Source: an uncultured Chitinophagales bacterium
GTDB taxonomy: Bacteria > Bacteroidota > Bacteroidia > Chitinophagales > CAZNGA01
Assembly: GCA_964572485.1 (NCBI GenBank)
Contig: CAZNGA010000002.1
Coordinates: 10,874-74,873, forward strand
Direction of reading: 5' to 3'
Length of the DNA stretch: 64,000 nt
The notes beneath the pieces were generated by a model. It made no database searches, was not told where the DNA came from, and saw only the letters and a list, made by a program, of their open reading frames with translations. A program made the position numbers and the translations under genes. Within the stretch, counting starts at the first letter, position 1. The number at the start of each line of letters is the position of its first letter. This document shows, one piece after another, positions 1-9,929 of the stretch.

Positions 1-2
1 CG

Positions 3-2822
3 GTGTCCATTGGCTTAGGGCCAATTCCGGATACTTGTTCGGCAACAACAGCTACCTATTGTTGCAATATGGGAATTTATAATGTCACCTTTAATACGAT
101 CGATCACACTACCGGTAACGGTTCGGTTGGATATATGGATTATTCCTGCGGAGTGTCGACAACAATTACTCAGGGTGACAGTATATCCATATCTGTGCAA
201 ACAGGTCCTACCTTTTACGAGAATGTGAGAATTTGGATCGACTATGATAATAATGGGGCTTTTGACCCTGTATCTGAAGTAGTAATGACATCTAATAATT
301 TTCTTACTAATCACTCAGCTATCTATATTGTACCTTATACTACCGTTACAGATACGCCTTTACGAATGCGTGTAGCTTCTGATTACTTTCAAACCTCAGC
401 ACCCTTGCCATGCACCGATGTTACCTATGGACAATTTGAAGATTATACAGTTACCATTTTGCAGGATACACTTCCCCCGAATGCTTCATTTACTGCTGAT
501 GTTATTACAACATGTATCGGAGAAGTGAATTTCTCTGACCTTTCTAGCCGAGGGCCTACTTCCTGGTACTGGGACTTTGGCGATGGCAATTCAGATACTG
601 TCCAAAATCCGACCCATACTTATACCATTGACAGCGTATTTACTGTCACATTGATGGTTACCAATCCAAATGGTTCTGACACGATCATTAAAAATAATTA
701 TATCACTGTAAGTATGCTGGGAATGCCTCCTGCTTCTTGCACCCCTGCTACAACAGGATATTGTTGTGGATTTGGGATCACAAATGTGACACTGAATACC
801 ATTGATCACAACACCAACGGTGGATCAGATGGTTACATGGATTATGGATGCTCAGAACAGACAGAGCTCTTTTCGGGAGCACAGTACACTATTTCCGTTA
901 CTACCGACACCCCTTCAGAACACAATATTCGTGTTTGGCTCGACTATGATAATAATGGTAGTTTTAGTGCCGGGGAGCTTATCCTATCTAAGGATAATAC
1001 ACTTGTAGGCACCGGCCAGTTTACGGTTCCCTCTATCGCAGTACGTAATGTATTCCTGAGAATGAGGGTGGCTGCAGACTATAATTTTGAACCGGCCCCT
1101 ACACCTTGTGCTGACATTGTATATGGGCAGGCAGAAGATTATGGTATTAAGGTTCTGGATAATCCTAATCCCCCGGCAGCAAATTTCTCATCAGACATAA
1201 CTACTACTTGTGATGGCATCATTAATTTTATTGATCTTTCGCTGAATGACCCGGTTTCATGGCAATGGGACTTTGGGGATACCACCTCCGACACAACTCA
1301 AAATCCAACCCACGCTTATAGCTCAGATGGCATTTATCCTGTTAAATTGGTGGTGACCAATATCAATGGCGCGGACTCCCTCCTTATTTCAGGATATATC
1401 AATGTAACATTAGGTGATGGTCCAAATGCCATAAATTGCGAACCCACTACCATCGCTTCCTGTTGCGACTATGGCATCTATAATGTGCAGTTGGAAACCA
1501 TCAACAATACCACACCTTCAGATGATGGCTATCAGGATTATTCATGTGAAATACAAACATCATTAAAAGAGGGCAAGAGCTATTGGTTCTCTGCAACTAC
1601 AAGGCCAGAAACTTCTCAGGAAACTAAAGTCTGGATCGACTATGATAATAACGGTATTTTCGAAGCGGATAGCGAATTGGTTCTTGTGGCTTTGGATGAG
1701 ATCGATCCAATAATAAATTTTACCGTTGCTTCAAATGTGGTTTTACATACTCCATTGAGAATGCGGGTATCATCTGACCATGTAGGAGCCAATCTCACCC
1801 CTTGTGCTGATCCCTTGTATGGGCAGGTGGAAGATTATGGAGTGGTCATATTAGAGAATGAAGAACCACCTATTGCAGATTTTAAAGCTGACAAAATAAC
1901 TACCTGCGATGGAATAATACAATTCACTGATCTTTCCTCAAATAATCCAAATAGTTGGCTTTGGGAATTTGGAGATGGGACTACTGACACAATTAGACAT
2001 CCATTACATCAATATCAATCTACCGGATTGATGACCGTGAAGCTTACTACATCAAATAGCTTTGGTAGCAATACTAAAACCAGTATAAGTTACATCAATG
2101 TCTTTAGCATTGATGGCGGTCCTATAGACGCCAAATGCACACCCGGTACCCCGGTTTTATTCGATTTTATTGGCATATTTAGGGTTGACTTGAATAGTAT
2201 TATTAATAACACTCAGGATGATGGGTATGAAGATTATTCTTGCACCCATCAAACTACATTGAAACCCGGCAATAGTTACGATTTAACAGTAAGGACAGGT
2301 ACATTCGATGTAGAAATTGTTATTGTATGGATCGATTATAACAATGATGGTGATTTTGATGATGCCAATGAAGAACTTTTTCAATCTTCAGGATATTTTC
2401 ACAAACGAAGTATAACGATACCCCATGAAGCTCAAATGGGTGAAGTCCTTCGCATGAGAGTGGCATCTGAATATTGGGATTTCACACCAACCAGTTGTAA
2501 TACCGTTTATGGAGATATCGAAGATTACGGGATTCTTCTTGATACAAGTACCTCAATATATGATCCAAACCTCCCTGAATTCTCACTAATGGTAACCCCA
2601 AATTTATCTTCAGGCCAACTTTCTATCAATGTTAGATCAGAAAAGCCAAAAGAATTGCACTTGCAGGTAAACGATTTGATCGGGCAAACCATTTACAGTG
2701 AGAAGATCAATACAGGAAAGAATTCTAGCTCTATTGACCTGGAAGATCTTCCCAAAGGATTATATTTGATCACTGTTTCTGATGGTGAGACCCAACTGGT
2801 TGAAAAGATCATTTTGCAATAA
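3..2822 (+). CDS. Secreted surface protein, 5'-truncated by the window edge: 4 GEVED-like modules alternating with 3 PKD domains, with a T9SS type-A C-terminal sorting domain
   Basis: The frame is open from nt 3. The 'M' in the track is a GTG, so the gene almost certainly continues upstream. There are four copies of C..CC..GI.NV..NTI...GY.DYSC ... LRMRV(A/S).(D/E)(Y/H) ... C ... YG(Q/D).EDY. There are three PKD signatures (WYWDFGDGNSDTVQNPTHTY, WQWDFGDTTSDTTQNPTHAY, WLWEFGDGTTDTIRHPLHQY). The last ~80 aa (TPNLSSGQLSINV...LPKGLYLITVSDGETQLVEKIILQ) look like a Por secretion tail. Confidence 0.8.
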   Translation: MSIGLGPIPDTCSATTATYCCNMGIYNVTFNTIDHTTGNGSVGYMDYSCGVSTTITQGDSISISVQTGPTFYENVRIWIDYDNNGAFDPVSEVVMTSNNFLTNHSAIYIVPYTTVTDTPLRMRVASDYFQTSAPLPCTDVTYGQFEDYTVTILQDTLPPNASFTADVITTCIGEVNFSDLSSRGPTSWYWDFGDGNSDTVQNPTHTYTIDSVFTVTLMVTNPNGSDTIIKNNYITVSMLGMPPASCTPATTGYCCGFGITNVTLNTIDHNTNGGSDGYMDYGCSEQTELFSGAQYTISVTTDTPSEHNIRVWLDYDNNGSFSAGELILSKDNTLVGTGQFTVPSIAVRNVFLRMRVAADYNFEPAPTPCADIVYGQAEDYGIKVLDNPNPPAANFSSDITTTCDGIINFIDLSLNDPVSWQWDFGDTTSDTTQNPTHAYSSDGIYPVKLVVTNINGADSLLISGYINVTLGDGPNAINCEPTTIASCCDYGIYNVQLETINNTTPSDDGYQDYSCEIQTSLKEGKSYWFSATTRPETSQETKVWIDYDNNGIFEADSELVLVALDEIDPIINFTVASNVVLHTPLRMRVSSDHVGANLTPCADPLYGQVEDYGVVILENEEPPIADFKADKITTCDGIIQFTDLSSNNPNSWLWEFGDGTTDTIRHPLHQYQSTGLMTVKLTTSNSFGSNTKTSISYINVFSIDGGPIDAKCTPGTPVLFDFIGIFRVDLNSIINNTQDDGYEDYSCTHQTTLKPGNSYDLTVRTGTFDVEIVIVWIDYNNDGDFDDANEELFQSSGYFHKRSITIPHEAQMGEVLRMRVASEYWDFTPTSCNTVYGDIEDYGILLDTSTSIYDPNLPEFSLMVTPNLSSGQLSINVRSEKPKELHLQVNDLIGQTIYSEKINTGKNSSSIDLEDLPKGLYLITVSDGETQLVEKIILQ

Positions 2823-2836
2823 AGAGGGATATTCCC

Positions 2837-5800
2837 ATGAAAAAGCTATTGTTAATACTTACCCTATTTATAGCGATACTATTTATCGATAGTAAACAAG
2901 TGCTGGCAACCCACCTTATGGGTGGTAGCTTAACATACGAATACCTGGGACAGGTAGCCCCTCCTGCTTATAGATATAGGATTACTTTTACGGCCTATCA
3001 AAATTGCAATTCTCCCTGGTGGGGAACCAGCTTCCCTGAATCCTGGTTAAACCTGGGAATATATGAAGGAACTGCCTCACCCTCTTCGGATCCAACACAT
3101 GTAACTACCATTTCTCTTCCTTTGATAGATTCATCAAGGATCAAACCTGACCTACCTGATACTTGTACTATTGGTACCAATATTTGTGTATTTCAATTGA
3201 CATATACAACGGTAGTCGATCTGCCTATGAGTTTTCAAGGGTACCACCTATTTTATAACCGATGCTGCCGAAATGATGCCATTGTTAATCTGGCAACACC
3301 TCCAGCAGGTAATCAGGGAATGGCTTTCCATGCGTTCATACCTCCTTCACTGGTAGTAAATAGTTCCCCTGTTTTTACCGATATTGCCATCCCTTACCTT
3401 TGTGCAGGGGATACAATGACCTTCCCCAATTCAGCGATAGACCCTGATGGTGACGTCCTTGAATATTCTTTCGTTCACCCTTTTTGGGGTCCCAATTCGG
3501 CTTCCTTTCCAAATCCCGGGCCTCCTACTCCAAACCTTTCATGGCCCATTGATCTGGTTAACTATAAATCCGGCTACTCAAGGAGCGTACCCTTTGGTGC
3601 GAGTGGGTTTGCATTGATCAACTCCATCAGCGGAATTACAGCTTACTATTCTCCTTTGATCAGTAATTATGTGGTGGCTGTGGAGATAAAAGAATATAGA
3701 AATGGGCAGATAGTGGGCCTTACCCGAAGAGACTTGCAACTGATGGTGATCAGTTGTCCACCTAATCCACCTCCCAACCTCTCCGGACCTTCCGGACCGG
3801 GGATAACAGAATTCTCGGTAAGAGAAGGGGGGAATCTTTGTTTTCCGGTAACTTTTTATGATCAGTATGGCGACAGTCTTTTTCTCACTTCTACCGGAGG
3901 GCTCTTTGATAGTTCTATTGTCAACCCTTCTGCTACTCTTGCTGATACAATTGGTGACAGCATTGTGAATACACAATTTTGTTGGAATACTGCCTGCGGA
4001 CAGGCAAAGGATAGTGCTTACATTTTTATTGTAGTTGTAAGAGACAATGGGTGCCCCTCAAAGATCGCCTACAAAGATTTCAAAGTGTATGTTAATGAAT
4101 ATATACCCCCCGATACAATTTTTGGACCGGACACTTCCTGCGCACTTTCCACCGATGAAACCTATTATGTGTTTGACTCAATTGGAGGTACCCATCAATG
4201 GCAGATCGTGGGAGGGGTGCAATCGTCAGGAGACAGTTCCACATCGATCACTATTGATTGGAATGATACTACGAATGGAAGCATAACTGTGATGTCAACA
4301 AGCCCTGAAGGGTGCCCCGGTGACACCATCACTCTAAATATTATATTAACTCCACTACCTAACCCCTATGCAGGAAAAGACACCAGTTTTTGCTCCGGTG
4401 ATACAGTAACTATTGGCAACGACCCCATCCTTGGCTACTCCTATGTATGGGATCCGGGAATAGGATTGGATGACTCTACCTTGGCAAAACCTACCATCAC
4501 CATGACCAATGATTCCACTTTTCCTGATACGATCCAATATATCAGAAGCGCTACATCAGGGAATTGCACCCTTGATGATACAGTCATGGTAATTATATAC
4601 CCTCTCCCAATGGTAGATAGTATTTATGGGAGTCCGTATGTTTGTCCCGGTATCACAGGTGTAGACTACTATGTATTTGGCACAGCTGTATCCAGTTATA
4701 ATTGGATGGTCGTGAATGGCAGCATCAGTTCAGGTCAGGGTACTGATTCCATTAAGGTGGATTGGAGCTCAACAACAGGAGTGGGAAAGGTATCACTCAT
4801 AGAAACTACAAGTGGTGTTTGTATTGGAGATACCTTACACTATTCTGTACGAATAAATCCTATACTGACCCCCGTTAAGCCCATTGGTCCGGATTCACTA
4901 TGTGAAAAGTTGATCACTTCTATTGATTATGAAGCCATCTACACCAATAATTCTACTTATAATTGGTCCATTTTGGGTGGAGCCATCATTTCAGGGCAAG
5001 GCAGTTACAAGATAACTGTTGATTGGGATACCCTTGGAATGAATTCCGGGGTCCTTTTCTATGAGGAGACCAGTACAACTATCGATACCTTCTGCCTTGG
5101 TTCTTCCGACACCCTTTTCGTGTCTATTTTCAGTACACCTTCCACCTCACTCATAACAGGTGAAATTTCGGTTTGCGAATTTGACTCGGGATTGATTTAT
5201 TCCGTAACAGGTGATTCTGCTTCGAAGTATCACTGGGAAGCAGATGGTGGATTCATAGATGGAAGTGACAGTACACCAACAATTACCGTCAATTGGGGAT
5301 CTAATGGCACATACAGACTCTTTGTGGTAGAAACCAGTTGGTTTGGTTGCATCAGCGATACCGTTGATACAATGATCGTCATCAATCCCTCACCAGGAAT
5401 TACTAAGATCAATGGCAGTATTGTATTGTGTGCACCCAATAACAGCAATAAATTATATTATGGTGATGGTTACAGTAACTCCACTTATCAGTGGTTTGTA
5501 AATGGAGGCGCAATAATTAGTGGGGGTACTGGTGACTCTATAGTTGTAAATTGGAATAACACCGGCAACGGATACGTCAAGGTAATTGAGACCACCACTG
5601 CCGGATGCGTCAGCGATTCGGTTGCCATTGCTATCACATTAGACAACCCATTGATCTCCATCGATGCAGTTAGTGACAATTACACCAATGATAAGAATAT
5701 TGAGATCAACTGGACTTTGCTCAATGGCCAAAATTTCAATGGAGATTATTTCTTAAGCAGAAAAAAAAATAGCATCATCTTTGATTGGGATTCTATTGCC

Positions 5801-6475
5801 ACCGTTCAGAATAATTATTACAAAGATATGAGTCTTCCCACAAGCTCTTATTCCTTTGACTACAAAGTGCAATTAACAAATGCTTGTTTCGATACCATAT
5901 CTTCATCGCCTCATAACAGCATATTATTAAGTGGGAAAGGAAATATTCACAAGAATATTGTAGCACTCGAATGGAATGAATACAAGAATTGGCCTTCAGG
6001 TGTAAAGAGATATGAAATTTGGCGTAAGATAGATAATGAGACCAGTTATACTTATTATGCTTCCGGTGGGCAAAATGCTAGCATCAGCTTTGATAATGCA
6101 AAAAATGGTTTTACTCATTGTTATAAACTGAGAGCAGTAGAAAATACCGGGCCGCACCATTCATGGTCAAATCATATTTGCATTGTATTTGAACATCTTA
6201 TCATTATCCCATCTGCTTTTACCCCTAACGGAGATGGTGTAAATGAAACATGGTTCATTGAGAATATAGATATGTACCCAAATTGCACATTAGAGGTGTA
6301 TAATCGCTGGGGGAACATGGTATATAGCTCATCCAGGGGCTATGGTAATGACTGGACAGGAGAAAGAAATGGCACCCCCCTTCCAGATGGCACTTATTAC
6401 TACGTGTTTAATTTAAATAACAATTTAAACCTTAGTAAGAATACTTATACAGGACCGGTTACCATAATACGATGA
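2837..6475 (+). CDS. T9SS type-B cargo (gliding-motility-associated C-terminal domain protein), 1212 aa
   Basis: The ATG lies 14 nt after the upstream stop. Signal peptide MKKLLLILTLFIAILFI. N-terminal THLMGGSLTYEYLG-type domain. Five ~85-aa Ig/PKD-like repeats (Y.W.(I/V).GG.I.SG.G...I.V.W...GC). The C-terminus IIPSAFTPNGDGVNETW...LEVYNRWGNMVY...NDWTG...LPDGTYYYV...GPVTIIR is the type-B sorting-domain signature. Confidence 0.85.
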   Translation: MKKLLLILTLFIAILFIDSKQVLATHLMGGSLTYEYLGQVAPPAYRYRITFTAYQNCNSPWWGTSFPESWLNLGIYEGTASPSSDPTHVTTISLPLIDSSRIKPDLPDTCTIGTNICVFQLTYTTVVDLPMSFQGYHLFYNRCCRNDAIVNLATPPAGNQGMAFHAFIPPSLVVNSSPVFTDIAIPYLCAGDTMTFPNSAIDPDGDVLEYSFVHPFWGPNSASFPNPGPPTPNLSWPIDLVNYKSGYSRSVPFGASGFALINSISGITAYYSPLISNYVVAVEIKEYRNGQIVGLTRRDLQLMVISCPPNPPPNLSGPSGPGITEFSVREGGNLCFPVTFYDQYGDSLFLTSTGGLFDSSIVNPSATLADTIGDSIVNTQFCWNTACGQAKDSAYIFIVVVRDNGCPSKIAYKDFKVYVNEYIPPDTIFGPDTSCALSTDETYYVFDSIGGTHQWQIVGGVQSSGDSSTSITIDWNDTTNGSITVMSTSPEGCPGDTITLNIILTPLPNPYAGKDTSFCSGDTVTIGNDPILGYSYVWDPGIGLDDSTLAKPTITMTNDSTFPDTIQYIRSATSGNCTLDDTVMVIIYPLPMVDSIYGSPYVCPGITGVDYYVFGTAVSSYNWMVVNGSISSGQGTDSIKVDWSSTTGVGKVSLIETTSGVCIGDTLHYSVRINPILTPVKPIGPDSLCEKLITSIDYEAIYTNNSTYNWSILGGAIISGQGSYKITVDWDTLGMNSGVLFYEETSTTIDTFCLGSSDTLFVSIFSTPSTSLITGEISVCEFDSGLIYSVTGDSASKYHWEADGGFIDGSDSTPTITVNWGSNGTYRLFVVETSWFGCISDTVDTMIVINPSPGITKINGSIVLCAPNNSNKLYYGDGYSNSTYQWFVNGGAIISGGTGDSIVVNWNNTGNGYVKVIETTTAGCVSDSVAIAITLDNPLISIDAVSDNYTNDKNIEINWTLLNGQNFNGDYFLSRKKNSIIFDWDSIATVQNNYYKDMSLPTSSYSFDYKVQLTNACFDTISSSPHNSILLSGKGNIHKNIVALEWNEYKNWPSGVKRYEIWRKIDNETSYTYYASGGQNASISFDNAKNGFTHCYKLRAVENTGPHHSWSNHICIVFEHLIIIPSAFTPNGDGVNETWFIENIDMYPNCTLEVYNRWGNMVYSSSRGYGNDWTGERNGTPLPDGTYYYVFNLNNNLNLSKNTYTGPVTIIR

Positions 6476-7377
6476 AAAGAGCAATAATTATCATTATTTT
6501 ATTATTCAGTGGTTATTTATATGGCCAGCAGATCCCTCTTTTCAGCCAATACATGTTCAATGATATTGTGATCAATCCGGCAATTGCAGGTACTAAAAAT
6601 TATTTCACCACTAAATTTGTACATAGAAATCAGTGGGTAGGCATCCCGGGAGCTCCTGTTACACAGACATTAAGCATTCATGGACCCATAAAGCATCTAT
6701 CAATGGGTGTAGGAGGTTTTATTTACAATGACATCACAGGCCCCGGACGACAAACAGGGATCAAGTTGACCTATGCATACCACATTAACTTACCTAAGGG
6801 TAAGCTCTCCCTGGGAATCCATGGCGGGATGTTCCAATATAAGTATTCAAAAAGCGAACTGACCACACACCAGCAAAATGATAATGCAGTGCTCAATGCC
6901 TCTGGTGAGAGCATGTGGATCCCTGATGCCAGCTTTGGAGCTTATTACTTCAATGACATTTACTATATTGGCATTTCCACTTCCCAACTCTTTGAGACAA
7001 AACTCAAATATGGTGAATTCCAAAGAGTAACGCTGGGCCATCTTGAACGGCACTATAGTTTACTTGCCGGATACAATATTCCATTCTATTATACTAAACA
7101 GTTTGAGCTTGAGCCCTCGGTTTTGATCAAATATGTGGATACGGCCCCTTTAGAAATAGATCTTAATATTAAGGGCTTTTATATGAACAGCTATTGGCTG
7201 GGCGCTTCTTACAGAAGCGGTGACGCTATTGTATTGTTGGCAGGCCTCAAGATCAAAGACAATATACACCTGGGATACTCCTATGACATCACCACTTCTG
7301 AACTACACAGATATAGCCGGGGCAGCCATGAGATCATGTTGGGATACAACCTCATCAAGGTCACCAGGAAAAAGTAA
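6472..7377 (+). CDS. PorP/SprF-family T9SS outer-membrane protein (cognate partner of the upstream type-B cargo)
   Basis: The start overlaps the upstream stop (ATGA at 6472-6475). The N-terminus MKRAIIIIILLFSGYLYGQQIPLFSQYMFNDIVINPAIAG is the characteristic PorP/SprF opening. The ~300-aa size and C-terminal ...GSHEIMLGYNL are typical of the family. Confidence 0.85.
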   Translation: MKRAIIIIILLFSGYLYGQQIPLFSQYMFNDIVINPAIAGTKNYFTTKFVHRNQWVGIPGAPVTQTLSIHGPIKHLSMGVGGFIYNDITGPGRQTGIKLTYAYHINLPKGKLSLGIHGGMFQYKYSKSELTTHQQNDNAVLNASGESMWIPDASFGAYYFNDIYYIGISTSQLFETKLKYGEFQRVTLGHLERHYSLLAGYNIPFYYTKQFELEPSVLIKYVDTAPLEIDLNIKGFYMNSYWLGASYRSGDAIVLLAGLKIKDNIHLGYSYDITTSELHRYSRGSHEIMLGYNLIKVTRKK

Positions 7378-7480
7378 CTGTTTAATCCAACACCCAATAG
7401 AACCACATCGTGAAGTAACTACCTTCAACTTCGGATCTCAATAAAGAAAAAAAATGGGGTAAGGTTTCCTGAAAACAAGC

Positions 7481-7488
7481 TATCTTTG
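7481..7488 (+). promoter_or_regulatory. Candidate Bacteroidota -7 box (TATCTTTG) for pruA
   Basis: Matches TAnnTTTG, 32 nt upstream of ATG 7521, in a 143-bp intergenic gap. No clear -33 TTG seen. Confidence 0.35.
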
Positions 7489-7520
7489 CAGAAAATAAGT
7501 TACTAATCTAATACATATAA

Positions 7521-9152
7521 ATGATGACACCAGCCACCTTACAAATAGCTAAAGCTGAGAATGAGAAAATCCTGGATTACGAACCAGGCTCTAAAGAAAA
7601 AGCAGAGTTAAAAGCCACCATTACCGATTTGAAATCCCAGCAACTTGATATACCCATGTGCATAAATGGTCAAGATGTGAGGGGTGTGAATGAAGTGACC
7701 ATGCATCCACCTCATGAGTTGGCACATACTCTTGGAAAATATGGTAAGGGAGACGGCACTCACGTATCGCAAGCCATTGAGTCTGCTTTAGCCGCAAGAA
7801 ATGAATGGGCAAAATGGCCCGCCAAAGACAGAGCTGGCATATTTTTGAAAGCTGCAGATTTGCTGGCCGGTCCATACCGTGCCAAGTTGAATGCTTCTAC
7901 TATGTTATGCCAATCCAAAAATGTGTTTCAAGCTGAGATAGATGCTGCCTGCGAATTGATCGATTTCTTCAGATACAATGCTGAATATATGGAAGAGATC
8001 TATGGTATCCAGCCCAACTCCATCGAAGGTGTCAACAACTCCTTGGAATATCGGGCACTGGAAGGATTTGTATTAGCAGTAACCCCTTTTAATTTTACCT
8101 CTATAGCAGGGAATCTCCCTTCAGCACCGGCACTTTTGGGAAACACTGTAGTATGGAAACCATCAAGCACACAAGTATATTCAGCCCATTTCATCATGGA
8201 ACTGCTAAAAGAAGCCGGATTACCTGATGGTGTGATAAATCTCGTATTTGCTTCCGGCCCGGACATTAGCGAACGGGCGTTGAGCCATCCTGATCTGGCA
8301 GGGGTGCATTTTACCGGATCCACTGGCACCTTTCAAAGTATGTGGCAAAAGATCGGAGGTAATATACAAAATTATAAAAGTTACCCAAGGATCGTAGGGG
8401 AAACGGGGGGGAAAGATTTCATTGTAGCACATAGATCTGCCGATCCGAAGCCACTTATTACTGCCCTGACAAGAGGTGCTTTTGAGTACCAGGGCCAAAA
8501 ATGCTCAGCTACCTCCAGGGCCTATATCCCTACTAATTTATGGGATGAGGTACGAGAAGGCCTTTGTGCTGATCTGGCTGACCTTACCATGGGGACGGTA
8601 GAGGATTTTACCAATTTTATCAATGCAGTGATCGATGATAGATCCTTTGATAAGATCGCCGGCTATATTGACCAGGCGAAAAAAGATGGACAAGAGATCA
8701 TTGCAGGAGGTAATTATGATAAATCTGAGGGGTATTTCATTGAACCCACAGTGATCGTCACTAAAGATCCGAAGTACACAACAATGTGTGAAGAGATCTT
8801 TGGGCCGGTACTTACCATTTATGTGTATGATGAAAATAAATATGAAGAAACATTGGAGCTTGTAGACAGTAGTTCCATATATGGCCTGACAGGAGCCATT
8901 TTTGCCCAGGAAAAAGATGCCGTAACATTGGCCTCCTCAAGATTGATCCATGCGGCAGGCAATTTTTACATAAATGACAAACCTTCTGGAGCTGTGGTTG
9001 GACAGCAACCCTTTGGTGGTGCCCGTGCTTCCGGCACAAATGATAAAGCAGGGTCTCTTTTGAATTTGATCAGGTGGACATCTCCAAGAACAATAAAAGA
9101 AACCTTGGCTCCGCCATCAGACTATAGGTATCCATTTATGAAAGAAGAATAA
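7521..9152 (+). CDS. pruA: L-glutamate gamma-semialdehyde (1-pyrroline-5-carboxylate) dehydrogenase
   Basis: A 543-aa aldehyde dehydrogenase-superfamily protein with the motifs FTGSTGTF, GETGGKDF and EYQGQKCSA (catalytic Cys). The N-terminus ...NEKILDYEPGSKEKAEL is typical of the long bacterial P5CDH form. Confidence 0.88.
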   Translation: MMTPATLQIAKAENEKILDYEPGSKEKAELKATITDLKSQQLDIPMCINGQDVRGVNEVTMHPPHELAHTLGKYGKGDGTHVSQAIESALAARNEWAKWPAKDRAGIFLKAADLLAGPYRAKLNASTMLCQSKNVFQAEIDAACELIDFFRYNAEYMEEIYGIQPNSIEGVNNSLEYRALEGFVLAVTPFNFTSIAGNLPSAPALLGNTVVWKPSSTQVYSAHFIMELLKEAGLPDGVINLVFASGPDISERALSHPDLAGVHFTGSTGTFQSMWQKIGGNIQNYKSYPRIVGETGGKDFIVAHRSADPKPLITALTRGAFEYQGQKCSATSRAYIPTNLWDEVREGLCADLADLTMGTVEDFTNFINAVIDDRSFDKIAGYIDQAKKDGQEIIAGGNYDKSEGYFIEPTVIVTKDPKYTTMCEEIFGPVLTIYVYDENKYEETLELVDSSSIYGLTGAIFAQEKDAVTLASSRLIHAAGNFYINDKPSGAVVGQQPFGGARASGTNDKAGSLLNLIRWTSPRTIKETLAPPSDYRYPFMKEE

Positions 9153-9165
9153 TAAACAGACAATT

Positions 9166-9882
9166 ATGCATATCTGGTCATTGAATAGAACTTTCCTTCT
9201 CGGCTTATTGATTTTCACCTGTTTTTCTGCTGTCGGCCAGTCTAAAACACCCAGTAAAACAGAAGCGTTGATCACAATTTCTGTGGTCGACAACCTTGAG
9301 ATACCTGAACAAGATGCTGTGATCATTTTCAAGGAAATAGCTACTGATAGGACCTATAAAGGGATTACAGATTCCGCCGGAGCTTTTGAGCTGATATTGA
9401 CTCAGGGCAAGAAATTTGTGATCATGGTCTCAAAGTATGATTACGAGTTTGACTTTGGAGAAAAAGAGATCCCCAAGATGGATGGGCCCATTGAGATAAA
9501 TATGAAATTCAAAATTGGTTTGGATTCTACTTCTTATGAGGATGTATACACTTTAGATAATGTCTACTTTGATTACGATAAAGCTTCTCTAAGGGCTGAA
9601 TCCTTTAAGGAGCTTGATGAGCTGGTTGAGGCAATGAATGCAAATCCAGATTTGATCATTGAAATTGCAGGGCACACTGACAATAAGGGAAGTGATGAAT
9701 ATAATCAGCGACTATCTCAAAAGAGAGCAGAATCTGTTAGGGCGTATCTTATCAAAAAGTCAATTTCCCCTAAAAGAGTATTTGCCAAGGGGTATGGGGA
9801 AAAGAGTCCTATCGCTTTTAATGATACTGATGAGGGCAGACAGAAAAATAGACGTACCGAAGTAAGGATCATCAAACAGTAG
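9166..9882 (+). CDS. OmpA-family peptidoglycan-associated protein with an N-terminal carboxypeptidase-regulatory-like beta-sandwich
   Basis: Signal peptide. The C-terminal OmpA_C motif block is NVYFDYDKASLRAESFKELDELV...IEIAGHTDNKGSDEYNQRLSQKRAESVRAYL...NRRTEVRII. Confidence 0.85.
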   Translation: MHIWSLNRTFLLGLLIFTCFSAVGQSKTPSKTEALITISVVDNLEIPEQDAVIIFKEIATDRTYKGITDSAGAFELILTQGKKFVIMVSKYDYEFDFGEKEIPKMDGPIEINMKFKIGLDSTSYEDVYTLDNVYFDYDKASLRAESFKELDELVEAMNANPDLIIEIAGHTDNKGSDEYNQRLSQKRAESVRAYLIKKSISPKRVFAKGYGEKSPIAFNDTDEGRQKNRRTEVRIIKQ

Positions 9883-9929
9883 CGACAACACACATTATTC
9901 TCAACTCAACGATAAAGAGACCTTCCGAA

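Noticed and set aside
5762-5770. An A9 homopolymer inside the type-B cargo gene (codons AGA AAA AAA AAT), a possible slipped-strand phase-variation site.
   Set aside because: The gene is in frame as sequenced, A/T runs of this length recur in this AT-rich sequence (e.g. A12 at 49401-49412, T9 at 15730-15738), and there is no evidence of length heterogeneity from a single sequence.
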